Shown here: positions 27,694-37,666 of the stretch, in pieces
Numbering within the stretch: position 1 is the first letter of the stretch
How the letters are laid out: every line of letters begins with the position of its first letter
Assembly (NCBI GenBank): GCA_945869675.1
Contig: CAMBPS010000001.1
Span: forward strand, 23,576 to 87,575
Direction of reading: 5' to 3'
Length of the DNA: 64,000 bases
DNA from: Prosthecobacter debontii
GTDB lineage: Bacteria; Verrucomicrobiota; Verrucomicrobiia; Verrucomicrobiales; Verrucomicrobiaceae
Program-made: the position numbers and the translations under genes
Notes under the pieces: generated by a model
What the model was told of the DNA's origin: nothing
Databases searched by the model: none
Seen by the model: only the letters and a program-made list of their open reading frames with translations

Positions 27694-28548
27694 TCACTCA
27701 AAAACGATCGTTTTATTTTTGAAAACCAGCACTTGATCGCGCGCATGCCACCAGAGGGCTTTGGCGAGGACAGTTTTTTCTAAATCACGACCTAGACGGA
27801 CGAGGTCTTGGACGGTGTCTTCGTGGCTTACTCGCATGACGTCCTGATGGATGATCGGACCTTCATCGAGGTCAGCGGTAACGTAGTGACTCGTCGCACC
27901 GATGATCTTTACACCGCGAGCATGGGCTTGATGGTAAGGCTTGGCTCCAACAAAGGCTGGCAAAAAGCTGTGATGGATATTCAGGATTTGATTTGGGAAA
28001 GCAGCGATCATAGCAGGACTGATGATCTGCATGTAGCGGGCAAGCACGACGGTGTCGATACGCTCCTTTTTCAACAAGGCGATCTGTGCGGCCTCCTGCT
28101 CGAGTTTGTTATCCTTTGTGATTGGGAAATGATGAAACGGAATGCCGAAGCGATCTGCGGCCGGACGCAGTGTGTCGTGATTGGCGATGATCAGCGGAAT
28201 GTCCACCGGCAGATCTCCGGCCTCATGACGGGCTAGCAAATCGTAGAGACAGTGGTTTTCTTTGGTCACAAAAAGGGCGATGCGTTTTTTCACGCTGGCA
28301 AAATGAAGTCGCATCTGCATTTCGTGACGCCGCGCCATGGGTTGCAGGCGATCAAAGATCTCCGATTTCTCGAGGGTGAAGTTTTCCAGGTTCCACTCGA
28401 GGCGCATGAAAAAAGTATCTTGGTCAGGATCAATGTGTTGTTGCAGATCGATGATGTTTCCTTTGTGAGAAGAAATGAAGCCTGTGACATCGTGGACCAG
28501 TCCTGGACGATCAGGGCAGTGGATGAGGATTGTGGCAGTGTCGAGCAT
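27694..28548 (-). CDS. purU: Formyltetrahydrofolate deformylase
   Basis: N-terminal ACT domain (CPDRPGLV); LARYMQI, NIHHSFLPAFVGAKPY, GATSHYVTADLDEGPII. Confidence 0.97.
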   Translation of the reverse strand: MLDTATILIHCPDRPGLVHDVTGFISSHKGNIIDLQQHIDPDQDTFFMRLEWNLENFTLEKSEIFDRLQPMARRHEMQMRLHFASVKKRIALFVTKENHCLYDLLARHEAGDLPVDIPLIIANHDTLRPAADRFGIPFHHFPITKDNKLEQEAAQIALLKKERIDTVVLARYMQIISPAMIAAFPNQILNIHHSFLPAFVGAKPYHQAHARGVKIIGATSHYVTADLDEGPIIHQDVMRVSHEDTVQDLVRLGRDLEKTVLAKALWWHARDQVLVFKNKTIVFE

Positions 28549-28595
28549 GGGAGGTAAGGATTGGCTAACTATGATAAGCTGATGGCTGGAGACAA

Positions 28596-29699
28596 TCAGA
28601 GAGTGACTTTCTCTCGTTTTCGGCGTTCTGCCTTCAGTTGTCCGCAGCCAGCAGCGACGTCGATTCCACGTCTTTGCCTAACGGTGCAGGGAATGCCAGC
28701 CTCTTGGATGATGTGATGGAAAACTGTCCCTGCAGTTTCAATGCTTTCACGCCCATCATACCCAGCCGTCTCATTCAGTGGAATGAGATTCACATGGGCT
28801 TTGATGCCTTGCAGGAGTGAAGCGACTCTCTGGGCGTGTTCTGCCGTATCATTGACGCCTGCGATAAGAGTCCAAGCGAAAAAGATCTTACGATCTGTCT
28901 TCTCACAATAAGTCCGGCAGGCAGCAATGAGATCGCTTAATGGCCAGCGTTGATTCGCTGGGATTAAAGCAGCGCGTTCAGCCTCAGTACTGCCATGCAG
29001 ACTGACAGCAAGATTGTAGCGGTTATTTTCTGCCGCCATGCGCAGGATTCCGGGGACGACTCCGACGGTGCTGATGCTAATTTTGCTAGGGCCAATATTG
29101 GCACCCCGGGTGTCACTGATGATGCCTAGCGCCTTCATGACGTTATCATAGTTGTGCAATGGCTCTCCCATGCCCATGAGAACGAGGTTTCGAAGACGCT
29201 CGCCGCTTTCACGCAAAATACGGCGGGCGTGATGCACCTGAGCCACGATTTCTCCAGGCCGTAGATGGCGGACGAAGCCCATCTGTCCGGTGGCACAAAA
29301 AACGCAGCCCATGGCACAACCTGCCTGTGTGCTTATGCAGGCAGTGTGACGCCCCGTGTAGCCCATGATCACGGTTTCGATCTCCTGCCCATCCTGAAGT
29401 TTTAGCAGATACTTCCGCGTCAGATCATCGCTACTAAAAGCCTCCGATGCGATGGGTAAAATGTCTGTATGAAACTGGGTTCCTAACTTTGCCTCCAACC
29501 ACTTTTGCAGTGGCGGCAAGAAATCGGTGCGTTGATGCAAGTTCACATCTGCTTTGAAATGCAGAGCATTCCAAAGCGTGGCCGAATGAGAAGGACGCAG
29601 GCCATCCTGCACGATCTGCTCGCGCAATTCATCAAAGGTTAAGTCATGGAGAGAGGTTGGCACTGGAACGAATATGGCGAGTGAATCCACCTCACTCAA
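28596..29699 (-). CDS. rlmN: Dual-specificity RNA methyltransferase RlmN (radical SAM)
   Basis: CISTQAGCAMGCVFCATG, MGMGEP, VNLIP, RQRRGIDVAAGCGQL. Confidence 0.93.
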   Translation of the reverse strand: MSEVDSLAIFVPVPTSLHDLTFDELREQIVQDGLRPSHSATLWNALHFKADVNLHQRTDFLPPLQKWLEAKLGTQFHTDILPIASEAFSSDDLTRKYLLKLQDGQEIETVIMGYTGRHTACISTQAGCAMGCVFCATGQMGFVRHLRPGEIVAQVHHARRILRESGERLRNLVLMGMGEPLHNYDNVMKALGIISDTRGANIGPSKISISTVGVVPGILRMAAENNRYNLAVSLHGSTEAERAALIPANQRWPLSDLIAACRTYCEKTDRKIFFAWTLIAGVNDTAEHAQRVASLLQGIKAHVNLIPLNETAGYDGRESIETAGTVFHHIIQEAGIPCTVRQRRGIDVAAGCGQLKAERRKREKVTL

Positions 29700-29709
29700 C
29701 CTTGGTGCA

Positions 29710-32172
29710 TCAACTCCAAGCTTTCTTCAATTCTCCACCTGCGCGTTCATGGGGTAGCCAAAGAATGCCAATGGCGTCGGGCTGGATTTTATTCTTGGTG
29801 GGAGTGAGTTTGACGGTTTCTAGAGCCAGAGTTGTCGGATCAAACTGGTCACGAATCTTTTGAGTCTCGTCTTCTAGGGTTTGGTTCAGATCAACCATCT
29901 CCTGCTGGAAGCGGACGAGTTCAGCTTCAGCCGCTGCGGCCTCCTGGCCTTCACGTATGACGCGTGAAGCGCTAGTCACGGTGTTGCCTTTTATCAGAGA
30001 ACTGACTGCACCCAGACCGCTCTTGCGCCCTAGGAATGCACTGAGAATGCTGCTTCCGATGTTGACTGCAGCAGAAAGTTTGGCGCTGTTAGCCTGTGCT
30101 TTTTGGGTGTCTACTTTGACTTGAACTTTAATTGTTTTGTTCTCGATGGATTTTAGAGCCTTGGTGGTTTTTTCACGCAATTCCTCGATGGCTTTGTCGC
30201 GCAGTTCACGGGCTGTTTGGGCGATGCGGGCCTTGAATTCATCCACCTTTTCACCGGGATTTGAATAGGCTTCCAGTGCGGGGCTATAGCTGACTGCCAG
30301 GCTGTAATTGGCATACACCCAGTCGGTGTAGTCTTTTTTGATGCTGGTGTAGGTGCTGGACTTCAAGGCAGCACTGGGGAGGTCCGTGAATTCGGCACCT
30401 TCGGCGGCATCGGACTGCCATTTGGAAAGGTCCACATCACGAGGGATTTCGACGAATTTGTCCCAAATGACCCGTTGGTTGCTAACATCGATTGAATTGA
30501 CCAAGGTGACACTGCTGCGCCCTGTGATCTTACGTTTGGCATCATCAAAATTGACGATGGCGTTGCGCAGAATGGCGGGAACGTAGCAGAGTGTGTCACC
30601 ACTGATTTCACTAGGCAGGAAATATTCAGCTGTTCCTTCAGGTAGTTTGGGTTTGATCGTATGGCGCTCTGCGGCAGTCGCTGCCGTGGCTCCTGGGGGC
30701 AGGAAGCCATCGTCTTCTCCACCAGAAGCAGCGGTTTTTTTGGCTGGGCGGATCGGATCCATCAAGCGCTGGATTTGATCTCTGGCGAGCGGACCGCTGA
30801 GGTAGCTCATGATCCAGCGAACATGAAAGATGGCGGGGCCGTCTTCATGCACGTTATTCATGAGGAAGACGCGATTGCCAAGGCCTGAGATGGCGACCTC
30901 CATTTGTTTGCGGTCAAACTTACCGCCACTGCCACTGACAGCGCCTTCGAGCCCGTCTAGGAGACGAGCTTTATCACGCTCGGTTTGCAGACGCCCGATC
31001 CACCAGGTCCCGATGTTAGCCAGCGCTTTGTAATCAAGGTCCACAGGGTTCTGCGTGGCGACGAGCATGCCGAGACCAAAGGCACGAGCCTGTTTGAGCA
31101 GGATCATCATCGGCTTCTTCGACGGAGGCATCGCTGTCGGTGGTAGATAGCCGTAGATTTCGTCCATGTAAAACATGGCACGAAGAGATGTGGTGCCCTG
31201 CTGGGTGCGCATCCACCCCAATAGCTGATTCAGCAAGAGCGACACAAAGAACATGCGCTCGCTATCATTGAGATGGGCGATGTTAAAGATGGTGATGCGG
31301 GGTTTACCCTCAGCCGTGTAATACATGCGCTGGATGTTCAGCGGCTCACCTTCAAGCCAGGAGGCGAAGCCTGGGGAAGCGATGAGATTATTCATCTTCA
31401 TTGCCAGAGCGATGCGCTTAGCCTCGGGCATGAAGGTGTCGATATCGACGACACCGACTTTCCGAATCGGCGGCTGTTGGATGTGACGGACGAGATTTTC
31501 TAGCGAGACGTTTTGGCCCTTTTTCCAGCAGTGAGAGATGATGTTGGAGAGAAGGATATGCTCGGGTGACTGAACAGGATCAGCCTCAATGTCCATAAGG
31601 CCGAGCATAGAGGAAACGGTGCTTTCGATCCGATCTCCGAGAGTTTCGGCATCGTCCATTACCTCTGTCGGTGGGCAATCGAGCGAGCTAAGTATGGAAA
31701 CCGGCAGACCTGCATTGCTGCCCGGCGTGTAGATGGCCATGTCTACCGTTTCACGCAGTTTTTTAATGCGATCAGCGCTTTGCCCCCAGTCGCCGAGCCC
31801 CTTTTTCCAAAGGTCTGACTGCTGAGTGGCGAATTCGTCCACACTGATTCCTTTGCGGCGGGCATCGTCAGTGTTGACCCAAGGTTTAAACTCCTCAGGA
31901 CTCAGATTGGGGAAGGTGAGCAGCGCATTGCCGATGTCACCCTTGGGATCGATAGCGATGAGTGGAATGCCATCCAGAGCAGCTTCTTCAAGCAAGGCAA
32001 GGCAAAGTCCTGTCTTGCCTGAACCTGTCATGCCGAGCACCACTCCATGTGTAACGAGATCCTTCGAGTCATACATCACCAAGTCTTCCTGGAGTTCTTT
32101 TGTCTCCAAGTCGTAACCGCGTCCGAGGTAAAAAGCCCCGAGCTTTTCATATTGGACTGGGGTAATGGTCAT
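29710..32172 (-). CDS. HerA/FtsK-like P-loop ATPase (DUF87/DUF853-like) with C-terminal coiled coil
   Basis: Walker A GMTGSGKT, AIDPKGD, Walker B FYMDEI, QARAFG...ATQNPVDLDYK; heptad-like C-terminal region. Confidence 0.8.
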   Translation of the reverse strand: MTITPVQYEKLGAFYLGRGYDLETKELQEDLVMYDSKDLVTHGVVLGMTGSGKTGLCLALLEEAALDGIPLIAIDPKGDIGNALLTFPNLSPEEFKPWVNTDDARRKGISVDEFATQQSDLWKKGLGDWGQSADRIKKLRETVDMAIYTPGSNAGLPVSILSSLDCPPTEVMDDAETLGDRIESTVSSMLGLMDIEADPVQSPEHILLSNIISHCWKKGQNVSLENLVRHIQQPPIRKVGVVDIDTFMPEAKRIALAMKMNNLIASPGFASWLEGEPLNIQRMYYTAEGKPRITIFNIAHLNDSERMFFVSLLLNQLLGWMRTQQGTTSLRAMFYMDEIYGYLPPTAMPPSKKPMMILLKQARAFGLGMLVATQNPVDLDYKALANIGTWWIGRLQTERDKARLLDGLEGAVSGSGGKFDRKQMEVAISGLGNRVFLMNNVHEDGPAIFHVRWIMSYLSGPLARDQIQRLMDPIRPAKKTAASGGEDDGFLPPGATAATAAERHTIKPKLPEGTAEYFLPSEISGDTLCYVPAILRNAIVNFDDAKRKITGRSSVTLVNSIDVSNQRVIWDKFVEIPRDVDLSKWQSDAAEGAEFTDLPSAALKSSTYTSIKKDYTDWVYANYSLAVSYSPALEAYSNPGEKVDEFKARIAQTARELRDKAIEELREKTTKALKSIENKTIKVQVKVDTQKAQANSAKLSAAVNIGSSILSAFLGRKSGLGAVSSLIKGNTVTSASRVIREGQEAAAAEAELVRFQQEMVDLNQTLEDETQKIRDQFDPTTLALETVKLTPTKNKIQPDAIGILWLPHERAGGELKKAWS

Positions 32173-32209
32173 AAGGCTGAAGTGCCAAGTTAAATGTGCC
32201 AGAATGGGG

Positions 32210-32848
32210 TCACTTCAACTCCTTGATCCGAAGATTGCGGAACTTGTAAGTAGCACCTTTTTCGCCGTGGTGCTGGATAGCAATGGCGCCGCTGGCATCG
32301 GTGTTGTCTTCGATTTCCGTGGTGACCACACCGTTCACTTCGATCTTGAGCTTATTGCCCTTGCAGGTGATGCGGTAGGTATTCCAGTCATTGCGCTTGA
32401 AGGCGTCTCCAGCACGGGCACGAAATGCGGCTTCGCTTTCTTTATTGCCTTTGATCGGGCTGATGAACCACATGCGGCGGCCTTCATCATAGAGACCACC
32501 GGACCATTTGCGCTTGGCATCGCCATCGACTTCAGCTTGGTAGCCAAAGACTTTGTTTGGCTGAACGTGAGCCCGGAACATGAAGCCGCTGTTGGCTTGG
32601 CCTTCAGGGAGTAAGATGTCCCCCTCAAAGATGAAGTCGCTGTAAGTCTTTTCAGTGACGACGAAGAATTTTTTTTCACCTGTGAGATGCACTTCCCCAT
32701 TCACGACTTCGATCTTGCCCCAGTCATAGGCATTCTTCCAGCCGGTCATGGTCTTGCCATCAAAGAGCGGTGTGAAGCCATCATCAGCCGAAGAGGCTGG
32801 CAGGATGGAAAGAATAAACAGGATGGATAGGAGGTGATGGAGTTTCAT
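32210..32848 (-). CDS. DUF1080 (3-keto-disaccharide hydrolase-like) secreted protein
   Basis: Signal peptide from ATG 32848 (MKLHHLLSILF); GFTPLFDGKTMTGW, NSGFMFR, GYQAE, WNTYRI, IAIQHH. Confidence 0.88.
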   Translation of the reverse strand: MKLHHLLSILFILSILPASSADDGFTPLFDGKTMTGWKNAYDWGKIEVVNGEVHLTGEKKFFVVTEKTYSDFIFEGDILLPEGQANSGFMFRAHVQPNKVFGYQAEVDGDAKRKWSGGLYDEGRRMWFISPIKGNKESEAAFRARAGDAFKRNDWNTYRITCKGNKLKIEVNGVVTTEIEDNTDASGAIAIQHHGEKGATYKFRNLRIKELK

Positions 32849-32897
32849 TGAGGTTAGTGAGTATGAACGAAAGCGGCGAGGTGCCAATAGCGAATTG

Positions 32898-33836
32898 CTA
32901 CAGTTCATCATCGGGGATCTCTGCGAAAACATCCCTAGAGGGTCTTGAGCGGCCCTCGCGGAGTGCCCGAGCGTCTTCGACGTCCTGAATTAAAAGTCGA
33001 TCACTTTGAATCAGGGCTGGGGGTAGTGGAGAAAGAAGTGCGTCGATGATCGTCGGCTCGTCACTGGCGTCTCGCATGATATTTCCAGGGTGCAGATCGC
33101 TCAAAACCCAAGCTTGGTCATGCTCCCAGAGTATCCACACGACACGGCGAAAACGTGCCCGGCAGGGAACGGCGCGAATGCGTTCTAAGGCTATGAGGCG
33201 ATCTTCGTCTAAATTTTTATACGGATAGGCCAAGGGCTGCTTCACGACCAGATAGTCACCTTGATCATCAATGCCGACGAGTTCTGTGGGATGGGCGCCA
33301 GCGTCGTGGAGGACGATGAGTTTTTCCATGGTCTCGATTAGCACTGCGTCGCGCACAGTCATTTCAAAGCCTTGATCGTCTGGGTATCGGTCAATTTCAA
33401 AAGTCTTTCCCAATCCACCACTGGAATGAAGTGGGAAGAGCTTATAAACTACCTGCCAGTCACCATCTGCAAAAGGACTGGCTTCAGCCCCAGTTTTCAG
33501 GGGCTGCATGTATTGAGAGATTAAATGATCGTCAGGATCTCTGCCTAGACCCAGGCCATCAAGCCGGATTAGGGGGACTCCCCACTCTCGGGACCTTTTG
33601 GCAACAAGGGCTGCCCAAACATCAGGCGTAAACGATTGCCGGGATGGAGCTTGTCGAGCTGCTTCCTGGATTCCTTTCGCTCGCTGTCGGTTAAGGGCAG
33701 AGCAAGCTGCGCGATCTCCTTCGGAGACGAGGGCCGTCGCGATGGCTGTCTCGCGCCCTGTCCTGAAGTCGAAGTTGGATTGAGTGCTGGTGTTTCCATT
33801 CACTAGAAGAGTCATCCAGTGGTGGCGAGCATCCAT
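32898..33836 (-). CDS. Stand-alone Ser/Thr kinase-like protein resembling the polyvalent-protein kinase domain
   Basis: GAEA...VYKLF (N-lobe Lys), LVVKQP hinge, SDLHPGNI catalytic loop, PTIID metal-binding Asp. Confidence 0.65.
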   Translation of the reverse strand: MDARHHWMTLLVNGNTSTQSNFDFRTGRETAIATALVSEGDRAACSALNRQRAKGIQEAARQAPSRQSFTPDVWAALVAKRSREWGVPLIRLDGLGLGRDPDDHLISQYMQPLKTGAEASPFADGDWQVVYKLFPLHSSGGLGKTFEIDRYPDDQGFEMTVRDAVLIETMEKLIVLHDAGAHPTELVGIDDQGDYLVVKQPLAYPYKNLDEDRLIALERIRAVPCRARFRRVVWILWEHDQAWVLSDLHPGNIMRDASDEPTIIDALLSPLPPALIQSDRLLIQDVEDARALREGRSRPSRDVFAEIPDDEL

Positions 33837-33991
33837 CAACGATCAACGGCAGATGCCAAAATCTTGTTCACAATCGATTGTGAAAAACCCCTTTTGATAG
33901 AGCTGTGGTCATTGGGCTTAGTGCCCTCACGCACAGACTTTTTAGTCTGATTTTGGGTGTTGGTTATGGCCAATTTTTTATTAGTAGCCAT
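33836..33991 (-). CDS. 51-aa basic, Ser/Thr-rich ORF translationally coupled to the kinase (absent from the ORF track)
   Basis: MATNKKLAITNTQNQTKKSVREGTKPNDHSSIKRGFSQSIVNKILASAVDR*; its TGA overlaps the kinase ATG (TGATG). Confidence 0.5.
   Translation of the reverse strand: MATNKKLAITNTQNQTKKSVREGTKPNDHSSIKRGFSQSIVNKILASAVDR
33867..33884. repeat. Perfect 18-bp palindrome
   Basis: TTCACAATCGATTGTGAA equals its own reverse complement. Confidence 0.6.
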
Positions 33992-34041
33992 GATATGTAG
34001 AAGAGGCGTGGGCTAGCGAACGGTTGCGCCTTATGAAGATT

Positions 34042-34704
34042 TTATGTCCAACGTGAGATCCGGCTATCGAGCTGGAAAAATTGGCCGCTGACAGAGTGCA
34101 TGGTGTGCAGAAAGGCGATGAAGCGTGCGGTGTCTTGAGGTGTGTTTAAGGTCCCGAGGCTATGGCTGGCGAGGATGCGTTGGCGCTGATTGGCATCATC
34201 CAGGAGGCCGTGGGTCATCTTCGTCTCGAGAAAGCCTGGTAGAATCACATTGGCGCGGATACCACGCGGGCCGTATTCTGCGGCTAGGCTCTGGGAGAGG
34301 GCGATGAGACCTGCTTTGGCTGCGGCATAATTTGCTTGGCCTGTCGAGCCGCAGAATGCGCTGTAGGAGCCGATCTGGATTAGGTGACCCTGCCGCTTTT
34401 TGATCATGATTTTCAAAGCGGCCTGCGAGCAGAGAAAGGCGCCTCTAAGATGCACGTTGAGAACATCGCTAAACTCAGCCTCAGACATCTTCAAGAGCAG
34501 GGTATCTCGAGTGATGCCTGCATTGTGAATGAGCAGGTCTAGCTGACCCAAGGCACCGATGACACGCTGCACTTGGGTTTGATCTGTGACGTCCATTTCC
34601 TGCCGCGAGGGGGCATGGACAAGCCAGCCCTGGCTTTCGAGTTCGGCGCGAATGGCCTGTGCGAGGTCGCCTGATCCGCCAGTGATGAGTGCCACGGGCT
34701 TCAT
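34042..34704 (-). CDS. SDR family oxidoreductase (FabG-like)
   Basis: MKPVALITGGSG, HNAGITRD, NYAAAK (YxxxK), NVILPGFLET; start at 34704 avoids overlap with the upstream gene. Confidence 0.9.
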   Translation of the reverse strand: MKPVALITGGSGDLAQAIRAELESQGWLVHAPSRQEMDVTDQTQVQRVIGALGQLDLLIHNAGITRDTLLLKMSEAEFSDVLNVHLRGAFLCSQAALKIMIKKRQGHLIQIGSYSAFCGSTGQANYAAAKAGLIALSQSLAAEYGPRGIRANVILPGFLETKMTHGLLDDANQRQRILASHSLGTLNTPQDTARFIAFLHTMHSVSGQFFQLDSRISRWT

Positions 34705-34708
34705 GCCG

Positions 34709-36013
34709 TTATTTGGCGGGGAAGAGGATGTTTCCAAACAGTAGCCAAGCGAGCAGTAGCGTCCAAAGGATGTTCACAAATTGACCGCCAAGGAAGGCGA
34801 GTGCGGGGCGGCCCCCGCCGAGTTTGAAAAGGTCTCCGAGGCGAGTCTCCAGACCAATGCAGACAAAGGCTGCGGCGAACCAAATTTCACGTAGGCTTTT
34901 GAGGGGTTTTTCCACCGCTTTGACCGTCTCTGGCGTGAGCAGGAATGAAAACACGAGGGAAGTGGCAATGAAGCCGATGACAAATTTGGGGAAGCGATCC
35001 CAGATGATTCCAGCGCTAGGACGAGGGGCGTTGGGATTGCTGCCGCGTTCACGCATTGTCCACCAGATGGAGATGAAAAAGGCAGCAACACCGATGAGCA
35101 CATTTTGGGAGAGTTTGACGACCGCGCCAGTTTTTGAGGCGATCTCGCCGACCATTTCGGTAGCAGCTAAGACCGAACCGCTGGTATCCAATGTGCCGCC
35201 GAGCCATGCACCTGCCACGGCTTCATTCAGGCCCATCCATTTGACGAGCCAAGGCATGAGGATCATCATCGGAACGGCGCAGAGAAGAACCACGGAGGTG
35301 ACATAAGAGAGCTTCTTTTTATCGCCCTGAATCGCCCCACAGGCAGCGATGGCAGCAGACACGCCGCAAATCGAAACAGCCGTTGACAGCATGACGCCGA
35401 ACTCGTCGTCCACCTTCAGCCAGCGGGCTAGGCGGAAGGTGATATGCCAGATCACAGGGATGACAAGAGCCGCCTGAATCAGGCCGGGCAGACCTGCTTT
35501 CATGAGTTCAGGGAAGAGGATGTTGGCTCCTAAAATGACGATGCCGATCTTGATGAAAAACTCAGTGCGCACGGCGGACATCATCCAGCCAGGCGTCGGT
35601 AGCAGGTGGCTCCAGAGTAATCCAAGGCCTAGGGCAAAAACGACATACTCCAATCCCAGAGCTTTCACTTGAGCATTCGCCGCCATTGTTTGTGCCAGCC
35701 AAGCCAACGCAAAAACGACGCAGGCTCCGCCTGAAAAAGCGATCACGCGTTTCCCTAGGGAGGCGAATAGGATGACGCCAGACAATAAAATAAGCAGGCC
35801 TGAGGTCCCGCCAATAGCGAGCAGATTTTCACTGGAAAAGACTCGGCTAATGTCGGTGGCGCTGGTCCATGTGAGGCTTGGCAGCTTGAACTTCCAACCA
35901 TAAACTACGGCTGCGATGAGTGGGGCTGCCGCGATGACGGCCAGCCAGTCTTCATTTTGCCACCAGGAAAGTCGGGCTATGGCAGGGGAGTTTGTTGAGG
36001 AAGAATCAGACAT
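34709..36013 (-). CDS. YeiH/UPF0324 (putative sulfate exporter) membrane protein
   Basis: NEDWLAV, EFFIKIGIVILG, SICGVSAAIA, WLGGTLDT, VKLSQN, WDRFPKFV. Confidence 0.88.
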   Translation of the reverse strand: MSDSSSTNSPAIARLSWWQNEDWLAVIAAAPLIAAVVYGWKFKLPSLTWTSATDISRVFSSENLLAIGGTSGLLILLSGVILFASLGKRVIAFSGGACVVFALAWLAQTMAANAQVKALGLEYVVFALGLGLLWSHLLPTPGWMMSAVRTEFFIKIGIVILGANILFPELMKAGLPGLIQAALVIPVIWHITFRLARWLKVDDEFGVMLSTAVSICGVSAAIAACGAIQGDKKKLSYVTSVVLLCAVPMMILMPWLVKWMGLNEAVAGAWLGGTLDTSGSVLAATEMVGEIASKTGAVVKLSQNVLIGVAAFFISIWWTMRERGSNPNAPRPSAGIIWDRFPKFVIGFIATSLVFSFLLTPETVKAVEKPLKSLREIWFAAAFVCIGLETRLGDLFKLGGGRPALAFLGGQFVNILWTLLLAWLLFGNILFPAK

Positions 36014-36107
36014 AGAATGGAAAAAGAGACGAATAAACGAGGCGCGGGGTTGTGTTTACTCATTCTTTCGTCATTCGTGCGTCTGTCATCTGTCATTTTC
36101 ATTTCCC

Positions 36108-37280
36108 ATGCTTCCCGTTTCCGAACAACTCGACATCCTCAAACGCGGCACTGTCACCATTCACAGTGAGAAAGAACTCACCGAAAAGCTGGCCCGTGGG
36201 AAGCCTCTGCGCATCAAGTTAGGCGTGGATCCCACATCTCCAGATATCCATTTAGGTCATGCTGTCGGTTTGCGGAAGTTGAAGCAATTTCAAGAGCTGG
36301 GCCATCACATCGTGCTCATCATTGGTGATTTTACCGCGATGATCGGTGATCCGAGTGGTCGCTCCACGACGCGTCCAGCACTGACCTATGAGGATGTTCT
36401 GGCCAACGCCAAAACTTACACCGAGCAGGCTTTTCTGGTTTTGGATCGGGAGAAGACCGAGGTCGTTTTCAACGGCTCTTGGTTCAAGGAGATGCCGTTC
36501 ATGGAAGTGATCCGGCTGAATGCCCGAGTGACCCTCCAGCAAATGCTGCAACGAGAGGATTTTAAAAATCGCGTGGCCAATGGCACGGAAGTCCGCCTGC
36601 ATGAGTTGCAATATCCTATCATGCAAGGTTGGGACAGCGTGGTGGTGCGCAGTGATGTGGAGATCGGCGGTAGTGATCAGCTTTTTAACATTCTCGTCGG
36701 ACGCGACCTGCAAAAGGAGGAAGGCATGGAGCCGCAAGTCTGCATGACTCTACCCCTATTGGAAGGGCTGGATGGCGTGAAAAAGATGTCCAAGTCTCTT
36801 GGTAATTACGTCGGCCTTACGGATGCGCCAAAAGAGATGTTTGGGAAGCTCATGAGCATCCCGGATGAACTTATGGCTAAATACTATCTGTTAGTGCTAG
36901 GTGAGGTGCTTGATACCTCCATGCATCCCATGGAAGCCAAGAAGCTGCTTGCTGCTAAATGTGTGATCACCTATCACAGTGAAGAGGCCGCGAAGGATTG
37001 TCGAGACGACTGGGATCTACGCTTCAGCAAGCGTGACCTCGCCAGTGCCGAGTTGCCACTGCTGACTCTCAGTGATCGACTCGACGTCCTAGGCGTCGTT
37101 CAGCATGCTTACCTATCCGTTTTTGACCAAACTCTTTCCGGGGGCGATGTCCGCCGCCTTATTCAGGGCGGAAGCATTCAGCTCAATGGCGAGAAACTCA
37201 CCGATCCCAAAGCCGAACCTACTTGGGAGGCTGGCGCTGTTCTGAAACTGGATAAGAAGCGCAGTGTAAGGTTGGGGTGA
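36108..37280 (+). CDS. tyrS: Tyrosine--tRNA ligase (start corrected to ATG 36108)
   Basis: KLGVDPTSPDIHLGH, YPIMQGWD, GGSDQLFN, KMSKS and C-terminal S4 domain. Confidence 0.97.
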   Translation: MLPVSEQLDILKRGTVTIHSEKELTEKLARGKPLRIKLGVDPTSPDIHLGHAVGLRKLKQFQELGHHIVLIIGDFTAMIGDPSGRSTTRPALTYEDVLANAKTYTEQAFLVLDREKTEVVFNGSWFKEMPFMEVIRLNARVTLQQMLQREDFKNRVANGTEVRLHELQYPIMQGWDSVVVRSDVEIGGSDQLFNILVGRDLQKEEGMEPQVCMTLPLLEGLDGVKKMSKSLGNYVGLTDAPKEMFGKLMSIPDELMAKYYLLVLGEVLDTSMHPMEAKKLLAAKCVITYHSEEAAKDCRDDWDLRFSKRDLASAELPLLTLSDRLDVLGVVQHAYLSVFDQTLSGGDVRRLIQGGSIQLNGEKLTDPKAEPTWEAGAVLKLDKKRSVRLG

Positions 37281-37666
37281 TAGAAAAGAATGGGATTGCC
37301 CTTAACTGGGCGAGCCTCTTGCAATGCTCCTCCTTTAGCAACTGGACCCCTGATTCTGAGGAATGCCTCTAAACATTTAGAAGTAGGTTCGTTCGCCAGA
37401 ACGAGAAGTCTGGGAGATTATGTGAAAAGCTCTAGGTTTTTACAGATTCGTTTAGACATTAAAATTGGAGCTTTTATGGTGCCATGGCTAAGCATTGGCT
37501 AAATTAAAAAGGCAAGATTTTTAAGTGCTATGTTCAAGTTGTTTACCTTAGATGTGAGCGGTGGATGTGTTCTCAAAACGGATTCATCTTGTAATCACTT
37601 AAGATTTATCTTTTTCAAAGTCACAAAGCGCCCATGATGATGTCACTGGTTCAGTAACTGCATGCA

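Noticed and set aside
36061-36105. TCATT-rich tandem-like sequence upstream of tyrS considered as a REP or T-box element
   Set aside because: Single short degenerate copy; too short and lacking T-box motifs.
35916-36107. N-terminal extension of the tyrS ORF (454 aa in the track)
   Set aside because: Overlaps the divergent YeiH gene; TyrS homology begins at ATG 36108.
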